A DNA stretch of 64,000 nt from an uncultured bacterium (GTDB lineage: Bacteria; Patescibacteriota; Patescibacteriia; UBA9570; XYC2-FULL-38-9). Made by a program: the position numbers and the translations under genes. The notes below the pieces were generated by a model. The model did no database searches. It was not told the DNA's origin and worked only from the letters and a program-made list of their open reading frames with translations. Where the stretch lies: the NCBI GenBank assembly GCA_937996685.1, contig CALKUP010000002.1:23003-87002 (forward strand). The letters are read 5' to 3'. Numbering within the stretch: position 1 is the first letter of the stretch; each line of letters opens with the position of its first letter. Below are positions 29,815 through 39,404 of this stretch, piece by piece.

Positions 29815-30911
29815 TGATTCAACATCGAACGATTGAGCAAGAGCAGGTTCGTGCATTGCGACAGATTGTGCGTGCGCACGGCTTTCAATTATTTGGTGCG
29901 CTGCCAATTGGGGAGAGTGATACATTTTCACATCTTGTTGAGTGGGTGGACGATGGAATGCACGCGGATATGGATTGGATGGCGCGACCAGATGCATTGG
30001 AAAAGCGCGCGCAGCCGAGTGCCATTTTGCCGGGCGCGCAATCAGTGATGACGCTCGCATTTGCGTATACGCCAGAGCCGATTCCGGATGCATTATTGAA
30101 TGATCCGTCGCGCGGCATTATCGCGCGATATGCCTTGTATGATGATTATCATGATGTTGTAAAAAAGAAGTTGATTCAGATTGGGAGAGAGGTGAGTGCA
30201 TGGTGTCGTGATAATGGATATGGAGAGAGTGATTGGAAGGCGTATGTTGATACAGGTCCGTTTTTAGAACGCGAATGGGCACAGCGCGCAGGGCTTGGGT
30301 TTATCGGGCGGAATGCAAATTTGATTAATGTGACACTTGGTTCGTATTTATTTTTGTCTGAAATATTGTTTACTGCGAAGTTGCCTGTCATGGAGCAAAA
30401 ACAACAAGGATCGTGTGCGCGATGTACGAATTGTGTTGGCAGTTGTCCAACGGGAGCGATCGTGAAAGATAAAACGATTGATGCGCGTAAATGTATTTCG
30501 TATCAGACAATTGAACAAAAGGGGAGTATTCCGGAATGGATTCGACCGTTAATGGGAAACCGCATATACGGGTGTGATATTTGTCAGGAAGTGTGTCCGT
30601 GGAATAAAAGCCCACAAGCAGTCAGGCATGCGGATTTTCAGGTGCGTGAAGATTTGGTCGCGCCAAAATTTGAGACGCTGTTATTTTTTGATGATGAAGG
30701 GTTTCGTGAAAAATTTCGCAAGTCGCCGATCAAGCGCGCAAAGCGGGAAGGGCTGATGCGTAATGTGGCAATTGGGCTTGGGAATTGGGCGGCGAGAAAT
30801 GACCGGGATGATGCAGTAGAAGCTGTGCGATTATTGGAAATCATGAAACGGAATGAATCGTCCGCATTAGTGCAAGAGCATATTGATTGGGGGCTCGCGC
30901 AAGTGAAGTAG
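29814..30911 (+). CDS. queG: Epoxyqueuosine reductase (cobalamin, 4Fe-4S)
   Basis: DYH, YVDTGP.LER, C..C..C...CPTGA, CISYQTIE, YGCDICQEVCPWN. Confidence 0.95.
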   Translation: MIQHRTIEQEQVRALRQIVRAHGFQLFGALPIGESDTFSHLVEWVDDGMHADMDWMARPDALEKRAQPSAILPGAQSVMTLAFAYTPEPIPDALLNDPSRGIIARYALYDDYHDVVKKKLIQIGREVSAWCRDNGYGESDWKAYVDTGPFLEREWAQRAGLGFIGRNANLINVTLGSYLFLSEILFTAKLPVMEQKQQGSCARCTNCVGSCPTGAIVKDKTIDARKCISYQTIEQKGSIPEWIRPLMGNRIYGCDICQEVCPWNKSPQAVRHADFQVREDLVAPKFETLLFFDDEGFREKFRKSPIKRAKREGLMRNVAIGLGNWAARNDRDDAVEAVRLLEIMKRNESSALVQEHIDWGLAQVK

Positions 30912-31001
30912 CAGAAAGTGTTTGCAAAAATATATATTTTTCGGTAGGCTCATCAATGTCCGCTGAGAATCTTTCTTGGTGACTTCACCGTGAGGCGACA
31001 A

Positions 31002-31265
31002 ATGGCTCATCAGGATTCTTCTGGAAACAGAGTCTTCCGAAAGGTTTGGCTTCCTCCTTCAAAGCTATGGCTGACAAGGCGGCTTCAGGGACTCCCTTTT
31101 TCAGCGGAAGACGCTCGGATTGTGGAGCAAGTACGCGCCGCTCGCACTGCGGAGATTCTCCGCACTGACCCGCATCAATTGATCACGGATATGTATCGCG
31201 GCGACGTACATGTAAGCAGCGGCACCTATTTTGAGCACAACGACCCTCAACGCGGGCGTCGGTGA
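31002..31265 (+). CDS. Small orphan protein
   Basis: GAGG SD-like upstream; more GC-rich than neighbours. Confidence 0.45.
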   Translation: MAHQDSSGNRVFRKVWLPPSKLWLTRRLQGLPFSAEDARIVEQVRAARTAEILRTDPHQLITDMYRGDVHVSSGTYFEHNDPQRGRR

Positions 31266-31433
31266 AATAGGTAGCGTTGTCTCATGACGGGAGAGTCGCG
31301 CAGATTGGGTTCGGGACGGTTGTGCTTTGCGCATGATCGTTCCACGTTTTTCATAGCACAGACAAGTTTCTTGTGTGTTGTGAAAAGTGAATAGATTGTG
31401 GTAGAATAGGGGTCTAAAAAATAGCCTATTTTT

Positions 31434-32207
31434 ATGGAAAAACAATATATCAAACGATTATTTCTTGCATCAGTGTTGACACTGAGCGCTGTGGTGTTTA
31501 CTCCAGCAACAACCTATGCGTCTGAGGGTGAAACGAACAACGAAGTCGAAACGGAAACAGAAGTCGAGACCGAAGTTGAAATTGATGACGATGGAATTGA
31601 CAATGACCACGACGGAAAAACAGATGAAGTGAATACAGGGGTACATCCAGGACATGAGTCTGACGATGTTGATGATGATCAACAATTTGAAGATAGTGTG
31701 TCGACATTTGAAGGAGCGGCAAAAGGCAAGTTGAAAATCAAATTCAAAGACGGGAGTCGATTTGAGCATCGCATTTTTAACAACGCGACTGCAGAAAAAG
31801 ATACAGTTGTTGCGCAAGTGAAAGGTGCTGGGGCATTGCTCGCGGTTCGTGGCAACGGCCGAACAATTGCAGCAGTGAATCCATATACAGGGAAAAAGTT
31901 AGACACAGAAAAATTAGCACTCGCTCGAACATTCGGCACACACAGTTTGAAGCAATATGATTTTTTGAAAGATGGATCGACTGAAGCTGTGGTTATTTCT
32001 CGCAATAATAAAAATGTGACACATATCACAGTGTTGCGTTTTAGTGAAAAAACGAACACATTAAAAGTTGTGAGTCGAAAAACAGTGTTAGACACTGCGG
32101 CGTCTCCAAAGCGAACAACATTTTCAAAAGACACAATCACATTAAAAAATAGTAAAGGCAAAACACTCAAAACTATTGTTGTGAACAGCGATTCAACGCT
32201 TCGATAA
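31434..32207 (+). CDS. Secreted protein with acidic repeats and a MopE-like metal-binding motif
   Basis: Signal peptide; EVETETEVETEVE; DDGIDNDHDGKTDE. Confidence 0.75.
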   Translation: MEKQYIKRLFLASVLTLSAVVFTPATTYASEGETNNEVETETEVETEVEIDDDGIDNDHDGKTDEVNTGVHPGHESDDVDDDQQFEDSVSTFEGAAKGKLKIKFKDGSRFEHRIFNNATAEKDTVVAQVKGAGALLAVRGNGRTIAAVNPYTGKKLDTEKLALARTFGTHSLKQYDFLKDGSTEAVVISRNNKNVTHITVLRFSEKTNTLKVVSRKTVLDTAASPKRTTFSKDTITLKNSKGKTLKTIVVNSDSTLR

Positions 32208-32220
32208 CAGAAAGGAGAAT

Positions 32221-32251
32221 AAAAAACCGTACAAGACCTGTGCGGTTTTTT
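32221..32251 (+). terminator. Intrinsic terminator
   Basis: AAAAAACCGTACA/TGTGCGGTTTTTT. Confidence 0.7.
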
Positions 32252-32342
32252 TAGTTGCGTTTTTTGGTGTTTTTTGGTACAACAGTGCCGCGTCATGCTC
32301 ATTGAAAAACCTTCACAAACCCTTCGGGGTGGGAGCTACATC

Positions 32343-33347
32343 ATGGGATCGTTCCTCAAAAAGAGTGTGTGGATGCTCTTCGCATCCGCGGTGTTCATCC
32401 TTGTCCTGTGCGGACTGATCGCGCTGTCCCTTGTCTTTTCCGGACTGATCGGGCTGACGATCGTGATGAGCGGATCGCCGGAGTCCCTGAACTGGCTTCA
32501 GAAGCCCTGGCACGACTACATCGCGTTCTTTCGCGCCCGTCTTGGGCAGACGAGTGAGATCATCGATGAAGTTACCGGATCTCGTTTGTTCAACAAACAG
32601 CTGTCAACGATCATCGCAGCACTACATGGAACAGTCGAGAACTTCTTCGACATTCCGCACGCGCTATACAGACTCCCTGGGCCATGGGGCTTTGTCTTCA
32701 AGGCTGAATTGGACGTCTGGTATCTCAGTTGGATGATGTGGCCGATGAAAAAAATCGGCGGGGTCCTCTTCTTGAGTCGCGAAAATCGTGAGCTTGCCAA
32801 GAAGGCGCTCGGTAGCGTTCAAGTGCGACTCGGCTCTTTTCTCATCTTCATTGATGGGCATAAAGCGCGCGAGAGTTCGTTCCATGCTGCCTTGCGTGTG
32901 ATCAGCAAGCTTGTACAAAAAGACTTGCTTGATCGACAGACGTTGGTGTACTGGGATTTGCTGCTGCATACACCGCGCGTTGAAGGATTGCTTGCGCTCA
33001 TAAACGCAAATCTGAACAGCAATCACGTGTTCATGTTCGCGACATTCCGCAGTCCCCGCAAAAAATCGAACATGTTCCTGGACTTGTGGCGCATGACCAC
33101 GGAGCCGTTTCACGTTGTGACGTGGATGATTCCGTATGATCCGCGAGACTTGGGTTGGTCCGCAGATCAAAGCTTCGACAAAGAATGCTTTGGTGCGCAG
33201 TTGATCATGTTCGTCTTGCAGACCGCGTTTCCACGGCTGAAACGGGCAGGGGTTGAAACGGCCTACGAAATGGGCTATCGGGCGCCGCCCGACATTGTGA
33301 AGGCGTACCCCGACCTGTTTGACGAAACGGGATTGCCTCGCGCATAG
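32343..33347 (+). CDS. Divergent PlsC-like acyltransferase family membrane protein
   Basis: N-terminal TM; LHG..E..D, FVFKAEL, LFLSR, IFIDG.K resemble LPLAT blocks. Confidence 0.5.
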   Translation: MGSFLKKSVWMLFASAVFILVLCGLIALSLVFSGLIGLTIVMSGSPESLNWLQKPWHDYIAFFRARLGQTSEIIDEVTGSRLFNKQLSTIIAALHGTVENFFDIPHALYRLPGPWGFVFKAELDVWYLSWMMWPMKKIGGVLFLSRENRELAKKALGSVQVRLGSFLIFIDGHKARESSFHAALRVISKLVQKDLLDRQTLVYWDLLLHTPRVEGLLALINANLNSNHVFMFATFRSPRKKSNMFLDLWRMTTEPFHVVTWMIPYDPRDLGWSADQSFDKECFGAQLIMFVLQTAFPRLKRAGVETAYEMGYRAPPDIVKAYPDLFDETGLPRA

Positions 33348-33377
33348 AGCGCGTCTTCCTGACAGCGTCAACAGAGT

Positions 33378-33410
33378 GCCACGTCGTCATCTTGTAGAAG
33401 ATGACGTGGC
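33378..33410. terminator. Strong hairpin between convergent genes
   Basis: GCCACGTC(gtc)ATCTT-gtag-AAGATGACGTGGC. Confidence 0.5.
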
Positions 33411-33435
33411 TCGTAATTCAAAGAGAATACACTAT

Positions 33436-36400
33436 TTATTCCTTTTGATTTGCGTGTGGAGAGCACAATCGAACAGTTTCTTGCAATGTTTTCATCCAGT
33501 TGTCTCCAAGATATGTTGTGAGCGCACGTGCCTTGAATGCAAGATTGCCTCGTTCGTATATGCGTTCCCATGCATCCGGAAGATCAGGCAAGGCTTCATT
33601 TGAAGAGAGTGTAATACGTGGACTGCTCAAGCGATTAACATCGTTCGGGTAATCAGTTGTAATAGCAATCAGCGTTGACTTGCTGGCGATAATTTTTAAT
33701 AAGACAATTTCCAATAAGCCAGCAACATCTGGGTGAAGACTCGTTCCTTCCCATAAGCGTTCTTGTTTCATGAGCTCTGCTTGAATATCAGACAACTCAT
33801 CTTCGTCTCGGGCATTACTCACTTCTTGATACAAACGAATGCGTTGTTCAATTTCTGGAACACACTCTTCGGGAATGCGTCCTTCTAGTGGAACGTCAAT
33901 TGCAACTTCGCGAATCGTTGCTGTTTCTTTGCCTTGTAATTGCGCAACTGCAGAATGGAGCAGCCGAACATAGAGGTGGAGGCCAATTTTACTGGTGTGG
34001 CCATGCTGCGCTTTCCCGAGCATATTGCCGACACCGCGGATTTCCATATCACGCATCGCGAGCTCAAAGCCGTCACCGAGTCCACTCGCAGATTGCAGCG
34101 CCAGAAATCGAGAGCGCACATCGCCATCAAGTTGTTTTTCTTTGTAGAAAAAATAGGCGTATCCTTGTTCTTTTGAACGTCCAACGCGGCCTTTTAATTG
34201 ATAGAGTTCTGATAATCCAAAACGGCTGGCGTCTTCGACAATCATGGTGTTGGCGCTCGCGATATCCAGACCATTTTCAACAATGCTACTGGCGAGCAAA
34301 ACATCGAGTTGTTTTGTATCAAACGCGTGCATCACATCAGCGAGTTCTTTTGGTTTGAGTTGACCATGCGCAACGCCGATTCGAACAGCGTCTCCGAGGA
34401 GTGCTTGGAGTTCAATGCGTCGGCGTTCAATGCTTTGTACGCGATTATAAACATAATAGACTTCGCCGCCGCGTGCCATTTCTCGTTCAACAGCGCTGAT
34501 AATGGTTGCGTTATCTTGCGGAACAATGCTGAGTTCAACAGCGCGTCGCAGTTTTGGTGGTGTGAGAATTGTGCTGATTTCTCGGATTCCAGAAAGGGAT
34601 AAGTGGAGTGTTCGGGGAATTGGAGTGGCGGTCATCGTGAGCACATGAGCTTGCGCTCGCATTGCGGTTAAGGCTTCTTTTGCGCGCACACCAAAGCGTT
34701 GCTCTTCGTCAATGACAATGAGTCCAAGTTTTTTAAATCCAATGTCCGCACTGAACAATCGATGTGTGCCGATCACGACATCGACTTTGCCTGAATGCAG
34801 TCCTTTGATGACATCGTGTTGTTCGGCTTTGGTTTGAAAACGAGAGAGGCTCGCGACATTCACGCCGAGGCTGCTCAAGCGCTCTGCAAATGTATCCGCA
34901 TGTTGTTGACACAAAATAGTTGTTGGCGCGACAACAGCAACTTGATAGCCATTGAGTACAGCGCGAAAGCTTGCTCGCAATGCAACTTCCGTTTTCCCAA
35001 ACCCGACATCGCCGCACAGCAGACGATCCATTGGCTTGTCTTGTTGCATGTCGTGAAAAATTTGCTCTAACGCATCGTTTTGATCAACGGTGAGGTCATA
35101 CGGACACGCGTCATCTAATCGTTGTTCTTGCGGGTCAGCGACAATGTGATGTCCGGTTGCTGATTCACGTCGTGCATAAATATCAAGCAGTTCTTGCGCG
35201 ATGCGCGCGACATCTTCTGATGCTGTTTTGAGGGCGGTGTTCCATGAAGCGCCGGAGAGCGTGTTCAGTTCTGGTTGTTCTTCGCCGATGTATTTATCAA
35301 GTCGATCAGCCAGCTCAACCGGAACATAGACTTTGTCACGTCCAGCATATTCCAATACAAAATAATCACGCATCATGCCGTTGATTTCTTGATTCGTCAT
35401 GCCGGCAAACCGCGCAACACCATGATGAATATGCACAACGTAATCACCAACGGACAATTGTTGCATGAGCGCGCGTTGCAATTTCTTGCTCGCTTTTTTT
35501 TGTTTTTTTGCCGATAGTCCGATATTGCCGTCAGTGAGACACAAAAGCGGTGAGTCGGCGTCATCGTACATAAAACCGCTATCGATGCCATCAATTTCAA
35601 CAATATTTTTTTCGCTGAATGAGGCTTCGTCGGTTTGAATAAATTGCTGGAGCGCTGCTGTGTCTTGTGTGAACAATATCAGTGATTTGGTGCTGTCGAT
35701 ATCAGCGAGTAATTCATCACGACGGAGATGATATGATTTTGGTAAGCGATACGGCGGATTGACGACGCTGCCATTTTTTTCTTCTGGAACAGCGAGTCTG
35801 CTTGCGCGAATGAGTATGTTTTCAGTCAGGCTATTTTCTGGTAAATCAGTATCGAACAACAACACAGCGACATGCGGCGGGATGTAATCAAAAAATGTAC
35901 TGCGTCCTTTGCTGTTTCGTGGTGCAATTTTGAGTGGCAAAGAAAAAGGCGTTGACTGTCCGTTATGATCAACTGTCGCAATGCTCTCAACAGAGTCGCC
36001 AAAAAAAGACAGGCGATAGAGTTGATCGATGTGAATATCAAGAATGTCGCCGCGAACAGCAAACGTTTCGGCACGTGTTGCGGTTGTGTCACGCTCGAAA
36101 CCGCTGTCGACAATTTTTTCAATCAAGGTTTGCAGTGAGAGTGTGTCATCAATTTGCACATGAATCGTTTGTCGGTTGAGAGTTGCGGGAGCTGGAAGGA
36201 GTGCGTGTTCAATCGTTTTTTGATCTGCAACAACAATGTCATATTGTGAGAGATGTGGCAGGGTTTGAATTTCACCATTCCATTCAAGAATCGTTGGATG
36301 GCTACGTTCTGGGTAAAAATGCGGCAACAGTCGAGCAATGATATGTCGCTCTGATGGGTGCGCGGTAATGACAAATAACCCGTTTTGGAACAGGGTAGGG

Positions 36401-36477
36401 GTGGCTTTGATGTAATGCGCGAGACTCGCGGCATTTGGAATCGTACCGATTGATTGTGGAAAAAGAGGATGTTTCAT
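33436..36477 (-). CDS. mfd: Transcription-repair coupling factor
   Basis: UvrB-like RGDILDI, CarD-like GDYVVH..HG, CGDVGFGKTEVA, DEEQRFG, TATPIPRT, TRCF domain. Confidence 0.93.
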   Translation of the reverse strand: MKHPLFPQSIGTIPNAASLAHYIKATPTLFQNGLFVITAHPSERHIIARLLPHFYPERSHPTILEWNGEIQTLPHLSQYDIVVADQKTIEHALLPAPATLNRQTIHVQIDDTLSLQTLIEKIVDSGFERDTTATRAETFAVRGDILDIHIDQLYRLSFFGDSVESIATVDHNGQSTPFSLPLKIAPRNSKGRSTFFDYIPPHVAVLLFDTDLPENSLTENILIRASRLAVPEEKNGSVVNPPYRLPKSYHLRRDELLADIDSTKSLILFTQDTAALQQFIQTDEASFSEKNIVEIDGIDSGFMYDDADSPLLCLTDGNIGLSAKKQKKASKKLQRALMQQLSVGDYVVHIHHGVARFAGMTNQEINGMMRDYFVLEYAGRDKVYVPVELADRLDKYIGEEQPELNTLSGASWNTALKTASEDVARIAQELLDIYARRESATGHHIVADPQEQRLDDACPYDLTVDQNDALEQIFHDMQQDKPMDRLLCGDVGFGKTEVALRASFRAVLNGYQVAVVAPTTILCQQHADTFAERLSSLGVNVASLSRFQTKAEQHDVIKGLHSGKVDVVIGTHRLFSADIGFKKLGLIVIDEEQRFGVRAKEALTAMRAQAHVLTMTATPIPRTLHLSLSGIREISTILTPPKLRRAVELSIVPQDNATIISAVEREMARGGEVYYVYNRVQSIERRRIELQALLGDAVRIGVAHGQLKPKELADVMHAFDTKQLDVLLASSIVENGLDIASANTMIVEDASRFGLSELYQLKGRVGRSKEQGYAYFFYKEKQLDGDVRSRFLALQSASGLGDGFELAMRDMEIRGVGNMLGKAQHGHTSKIGLHLYVRLLHSAVAQLQGKETATIREVAIDVPLEGRIPEECVPEIEQRIRLYQEVSNARDEDELSDIQAELMKQERLWEGTSLHPDVAGLLEIVLLKIIASKSTLIAITTDYPNDVNRLSSPRITLSSNEALPDLPDAWERIYERGNLAFKARALTTYLGDNWMKTLQETVRLCSPHANQKE

Positions 36478-36571
36478 TCAAAGAGTAGCTTCTTTATATA
36501 TGAAGTTCTAGAGAAAGGCAATCTATTCGCACTTTACGCGCCGCTCTATTTTTTATATCGTACACATATCT

Positions 36572-37309
36572 ATGAAGGATGCGACCATTACATTTGCAGG
36601 TCATTGTACAATCGGAGAGCATGTGACTCCTGTGCAACAACAAACGATTCATGATGCGCTTCAACGGGGCACTGATCTTGGTATTGTTGTAAATGATATT
36701 GACTTAAAGCGTCGTCTTCAATTTTATCAAATCGGTGGCAAAGAGATGGTGATTCGGCATTATGGGAATCGAAAAAAATGCGGAACAACAAAAACATTGT
36801 GCGAGCTGCCAGATTTTAAAAAAATTCCAGAATTGATTGATTGGGGTTTTTATGATGATGCTGTAGAAGTGCTCCGTACAGCAACAGATGATATTGATAC
36901 AACACTACGAACGCAGGTTGTCCCGCGGGCAATTGCAAAACAACTCACAGCGTATGCATTATCATTATCTGATGTGCGGGTCTATACAGAGCGGTCGTTG
37001 CGGAATGACGCACGTCGACATTTGCGCTCTTCAGTGAAACCGGAGCGGTCATGGAGGCCACAGCTAGAAGTCGTTGGTGCGCTTGATAATGTTCAAGCGG
37101 CGATGACAGGAACACCAGTGTGTGGAGCAATTCTTCTTTCATTATATGAGCAGCTTGCGCAGGCGGGATATCGTCATTGTGTGCAATTATATGCTGAAGG
37201 CGATCGAGGTCCGTTAGAAAATGCTAGCGGGCTATATAATAAGCTGCGTGTAGCGTTTCCGAGTGATTCGCGGTGGGCATTAGATATTGAGACAGCGTAT
37301 TATGTGTAA
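36572..37309 (+). CDS. Hypothetical protein, possible nucleotidyltransferase-like N-terminus
   Basis: ITFAGH...IVVNDI pattern; otherwise unrecognised. Confidence 0.55.
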   Translation: MKDATITFAGHCTIGEHVTPVQQQTIHDALQRGTDLGIVVNDIDLKRRLQFYQIGGKEMVIRHYGNRKKCGTTKTLCELPDFKKIPELIDWGFYDDAVEVLRTATDDIDTTLRTQVVPRAIAKQLTAYALSLSDVRVYTERSLRNDARRHLRSSVKPERSWRPQLEVVGALDNVQAAMTGTPVCGAILLSLYEQLAQAGYRHCVQLYAEGDRGPLENASGLYNKLRVAFPSDSRWALDIETAYYV

Positions 37310-37372
37310 GGAATTGCAGGTGATGCGCGAAGGCTTGTGCTGTATTTTTTATATAGAAGTGGTTTTGTAATA

Positions 37373-37445
37373 AAAAAAGTGCCGCTGGAAACAGATGCAG
37401 AGTGAACGCATGGGAGCATTCGACTCGTTGTCTGTTTCAAACGGC
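37373..37445 (-). terminator. Unusually long hairpin and U-tract downstream of metK
   Basis: GCCGU-UUGAAACAGA...UCUGUUUCCA-GCGGC followed by acUUUUUU on the minus strand. Confidence 0.55.
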
Positions 37446-37479
37446 GGCGGTGAGGCAGGTGGCTCTCACCCGGCTGTGA

Positions 37480-38640
37480 TCAGTCGAGGACCAATTTCAG
37501 GGCTTCGGCCTGGTCGGTCTCTTCCCAGGTGAACCCGGGGCGGCCAAAGTGACCGTGCGACGCCGTCGCGCGGTAGATCGGACGCTTGAGCCGCAGATGA
37601 TCGACCAGCGCGGCGGGCTTGAGCGGGAAGATCTCACGCACAGCGGCGGTCAGCTTCTCGTCCGAGACGTTGCCGGTGCCGAAGGTGTTGACCATGACGC
37701 TGACAGGCTCGGCGACGCCGATGGCGTAGGCGACCTGGACAAGCGCGCGGCTGGCGTACCCAGCGGCCACGATGTTCTTCGCGACGTAGCGCATCATGTA
37801 CGCAGCGGAACGGTCCACCTTGGACGGATCCTTGCCAGAGAAGGCGCCGCCGCCGTGGCTGCCGTGACCGCCGTAGGTGTCGACGATGATCTTGCGGCCA
37901 GTCAGGCCCGCGTCACCCATCGGACCGCCGATGACGAAGCGACCGGTCGGGTTGATGAAGTAGCGGGTGTTGCTGTCGAGCAGGTGCGCCGGGATCGTGG
38001 ATTCAATGACGTACTTGATGATGCTTTCACGCAGGTCATCGCTCGTCACATCGTCGCTGTGCTGCGAGGAGACGACGACGCTGTCGACGCGCGCGACCTT
38101 GCCGTCGCGGTACTCGATGGTGACCTGGGTCTTGCCATCGGGCCGGAGGAAGGGGAGCGTGCCGTCGCGGCGGACAGCGCTGAGCTTCTCGCTGAGGCGG
38201 TGCGAGTAGTAGATGCTCGCGGGCATGAGCGTGTCGGTCTCGTCGATCGCATAGCCGAACATCATGCCCTGATCGCCAGCACCTTGCTCGCTGTAGAGAC
38301 CTTCGCCTTCGTTGACGCCCTGAGCGATGTCCGGCGACTGCTGCTCCACTGCGACCAAGATGGCGCAGGTGTTGCCGTCGAAGCCGGTGCCGGTGTGCGT
38401 GTAGCCGATGTCGCGGACGACCTCGCGGACGATGGTCGGGTAGTCGACCCTGGAAGTTGCGGTGATCTCGCCAGCGACCAGCACGAAGCCGGTCTTGACC
38501 GCGGTTTCGCACGCAACGCGCGCGTTCGGGTCACCAGCAAGGTGAGCGTCGAGGATGGCGTCGGAAATGTTGTCGCAGAGCTTGTCCGGATGTCCTTCGG
38601 TGACGGACTCGGACGTGAACAGGTAGTTCTGGAGTGCCAT
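37480..38640 (-). CDS. metK: S-adenosylmethionine synthetase (GC-rich, likely foreign)
   Basis: [35 protein letters not shown]; start at ATG 38640 after GAGG. Confidence 0.97.
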   Translation of the reverse strand: MALQNYLFTSESVTEGHPDKLCDNISDAILDAHLAGDPNARVACETAVKTGFVLVAGEITATSRVDYPTIVREVVRDIGYTHTGTGFDGNTCAILVAVEQQSPDIAQGVNEGEGLYSEQGAGDQGMMFGYAIDETDTLMPASIYYSHRLSEKLSAVRRDGTLPFLRPDGKTQVTIEYRDGKVARVDSVVVSSQHSDDVTSDDLRESIIKYVIESTIPAHLLDSNTRYFINPTGRFVIGGPMGDAGLTGRKIIVDTYGGHGSHGGGAFSGKDPSKVDRSAAYMMRYVAKNIVAAGYASRALVQVAYAIGVAEPVSVMVNTFGTGNVSDEKLTAAVREIFPLKPAALVDHLRLKRPIYRATASHGHFGRPGFTWEETDQAEALKLVLD

Positions 38641-38668
38641 GTGGCCTTTATTCCTCTGATGTAAAGAC

Positions 38669-38807
38669 AAAAAACGCAGTTGGTTTGCGTCCTCCGTCGA
38701 TTGTGAACTTCCGGTCTAAATCGCTGTAGATGACAGATGTCATCGTTTCAGCTGCCAACAACTTGGATCGGATGCCACCAGTGTAGCAAGTTCTTTTCAG
38801 AAGTCAA
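38669..38807 (-). promoter_or_regulatory. metK promoter and structured leader ending in an intrinsic terminator (candidate riboswitch)
   Basis: TTGACT-N16-TACACT with extended TG; GCUG/CAGC and GAUGAC/GUCAUC stems; ACGCA-N7-UGCGU-UUUUU. Confidence 0.55.
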
Positions 38808-38821
38808 TAATGACTGTATTG

Positions 38822-39142
38822 CTATGATTCCAACGGAAAGCCAGCCGTGCTCCACGCGCTTGTTCCGCCTTTGACATTCACGACATGTTTCATTCCAGTG
38901 CGGACACAAAAGGCCGTCGCAAGCATACTCCGTGAGCCAGATGCGCAGACAATATAGACCGGTGTTTCTGATTCAAATTCTTGTACACGCGCTTGAATTT
39001 CATTTGATGGAATATTTGTTGCGCGTGGAATATGCCCTTCGGCAAATTCTTCAGGCGAGCGCACATCGATAATCCGAATCGCTGGATCTGCTGTGTGAAG
39101 GTCATGTAACTCTTGGATGGTAATGGTGTTGATGCCGAACAT
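38822..39142 (-). CDS. Rhodanese-like protein
   Basis: IIDVRSPEEF.EGHIP, CASGSRS, GG..AW. Confidence 0.93.
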   Translation of the reverse strand: MFGINTITIQELHDLHTADPAIRIIDVRSPEEFAEGHIPRATNIPSNEIQARVQEFESETPVYIVCASGSRSMLATAFCVRTGMKHVVNVKGGTSAWSTAGFPLES

Positions 39143-39258
39143 AGTTTCTCTAAATAATGCTGTATTTTATGCGCTAGAGTATAGCATAGATGATGTTCTT
39201 TCTGTAACACTCCTTGACAAACCGGCAGTGGCATGTTATTCATAATCGATTCTTTCTT

Positions 39259-39390
39259 CTGGTTTTATGCGTGGTGGACTGCGCATGTGAGCTATCTATA
39301 GATCCTATCAGGGAGCTCGAGCTATTGAAGAGGGAAACAGGAGTTTTTGAAAGATCGAATGATCTAAAACTCTCTCAATAGTTTAACCAG
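39259..39390 (+). promoter_or_regulatory. Multibranch structured 5' leader of the DEAD-box helicase
   Basis: CUGGUU/AACCAG closing stem enclosing three arms; TTGACA at 39214. Confidence 0.5.
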
Positions 39391-39404
39391 TGAGACAATA
39401 TATA

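Noticed and set aside
32664-33371. 235-aa minus-strand ORF
   Set aside because: Antisense to the acyltransferase-like gene; no motifs.
37549-38664. 371-aa ORF antisense to metK
   Set aside because: Expected shadow of strong GC3 bias; no motifs.
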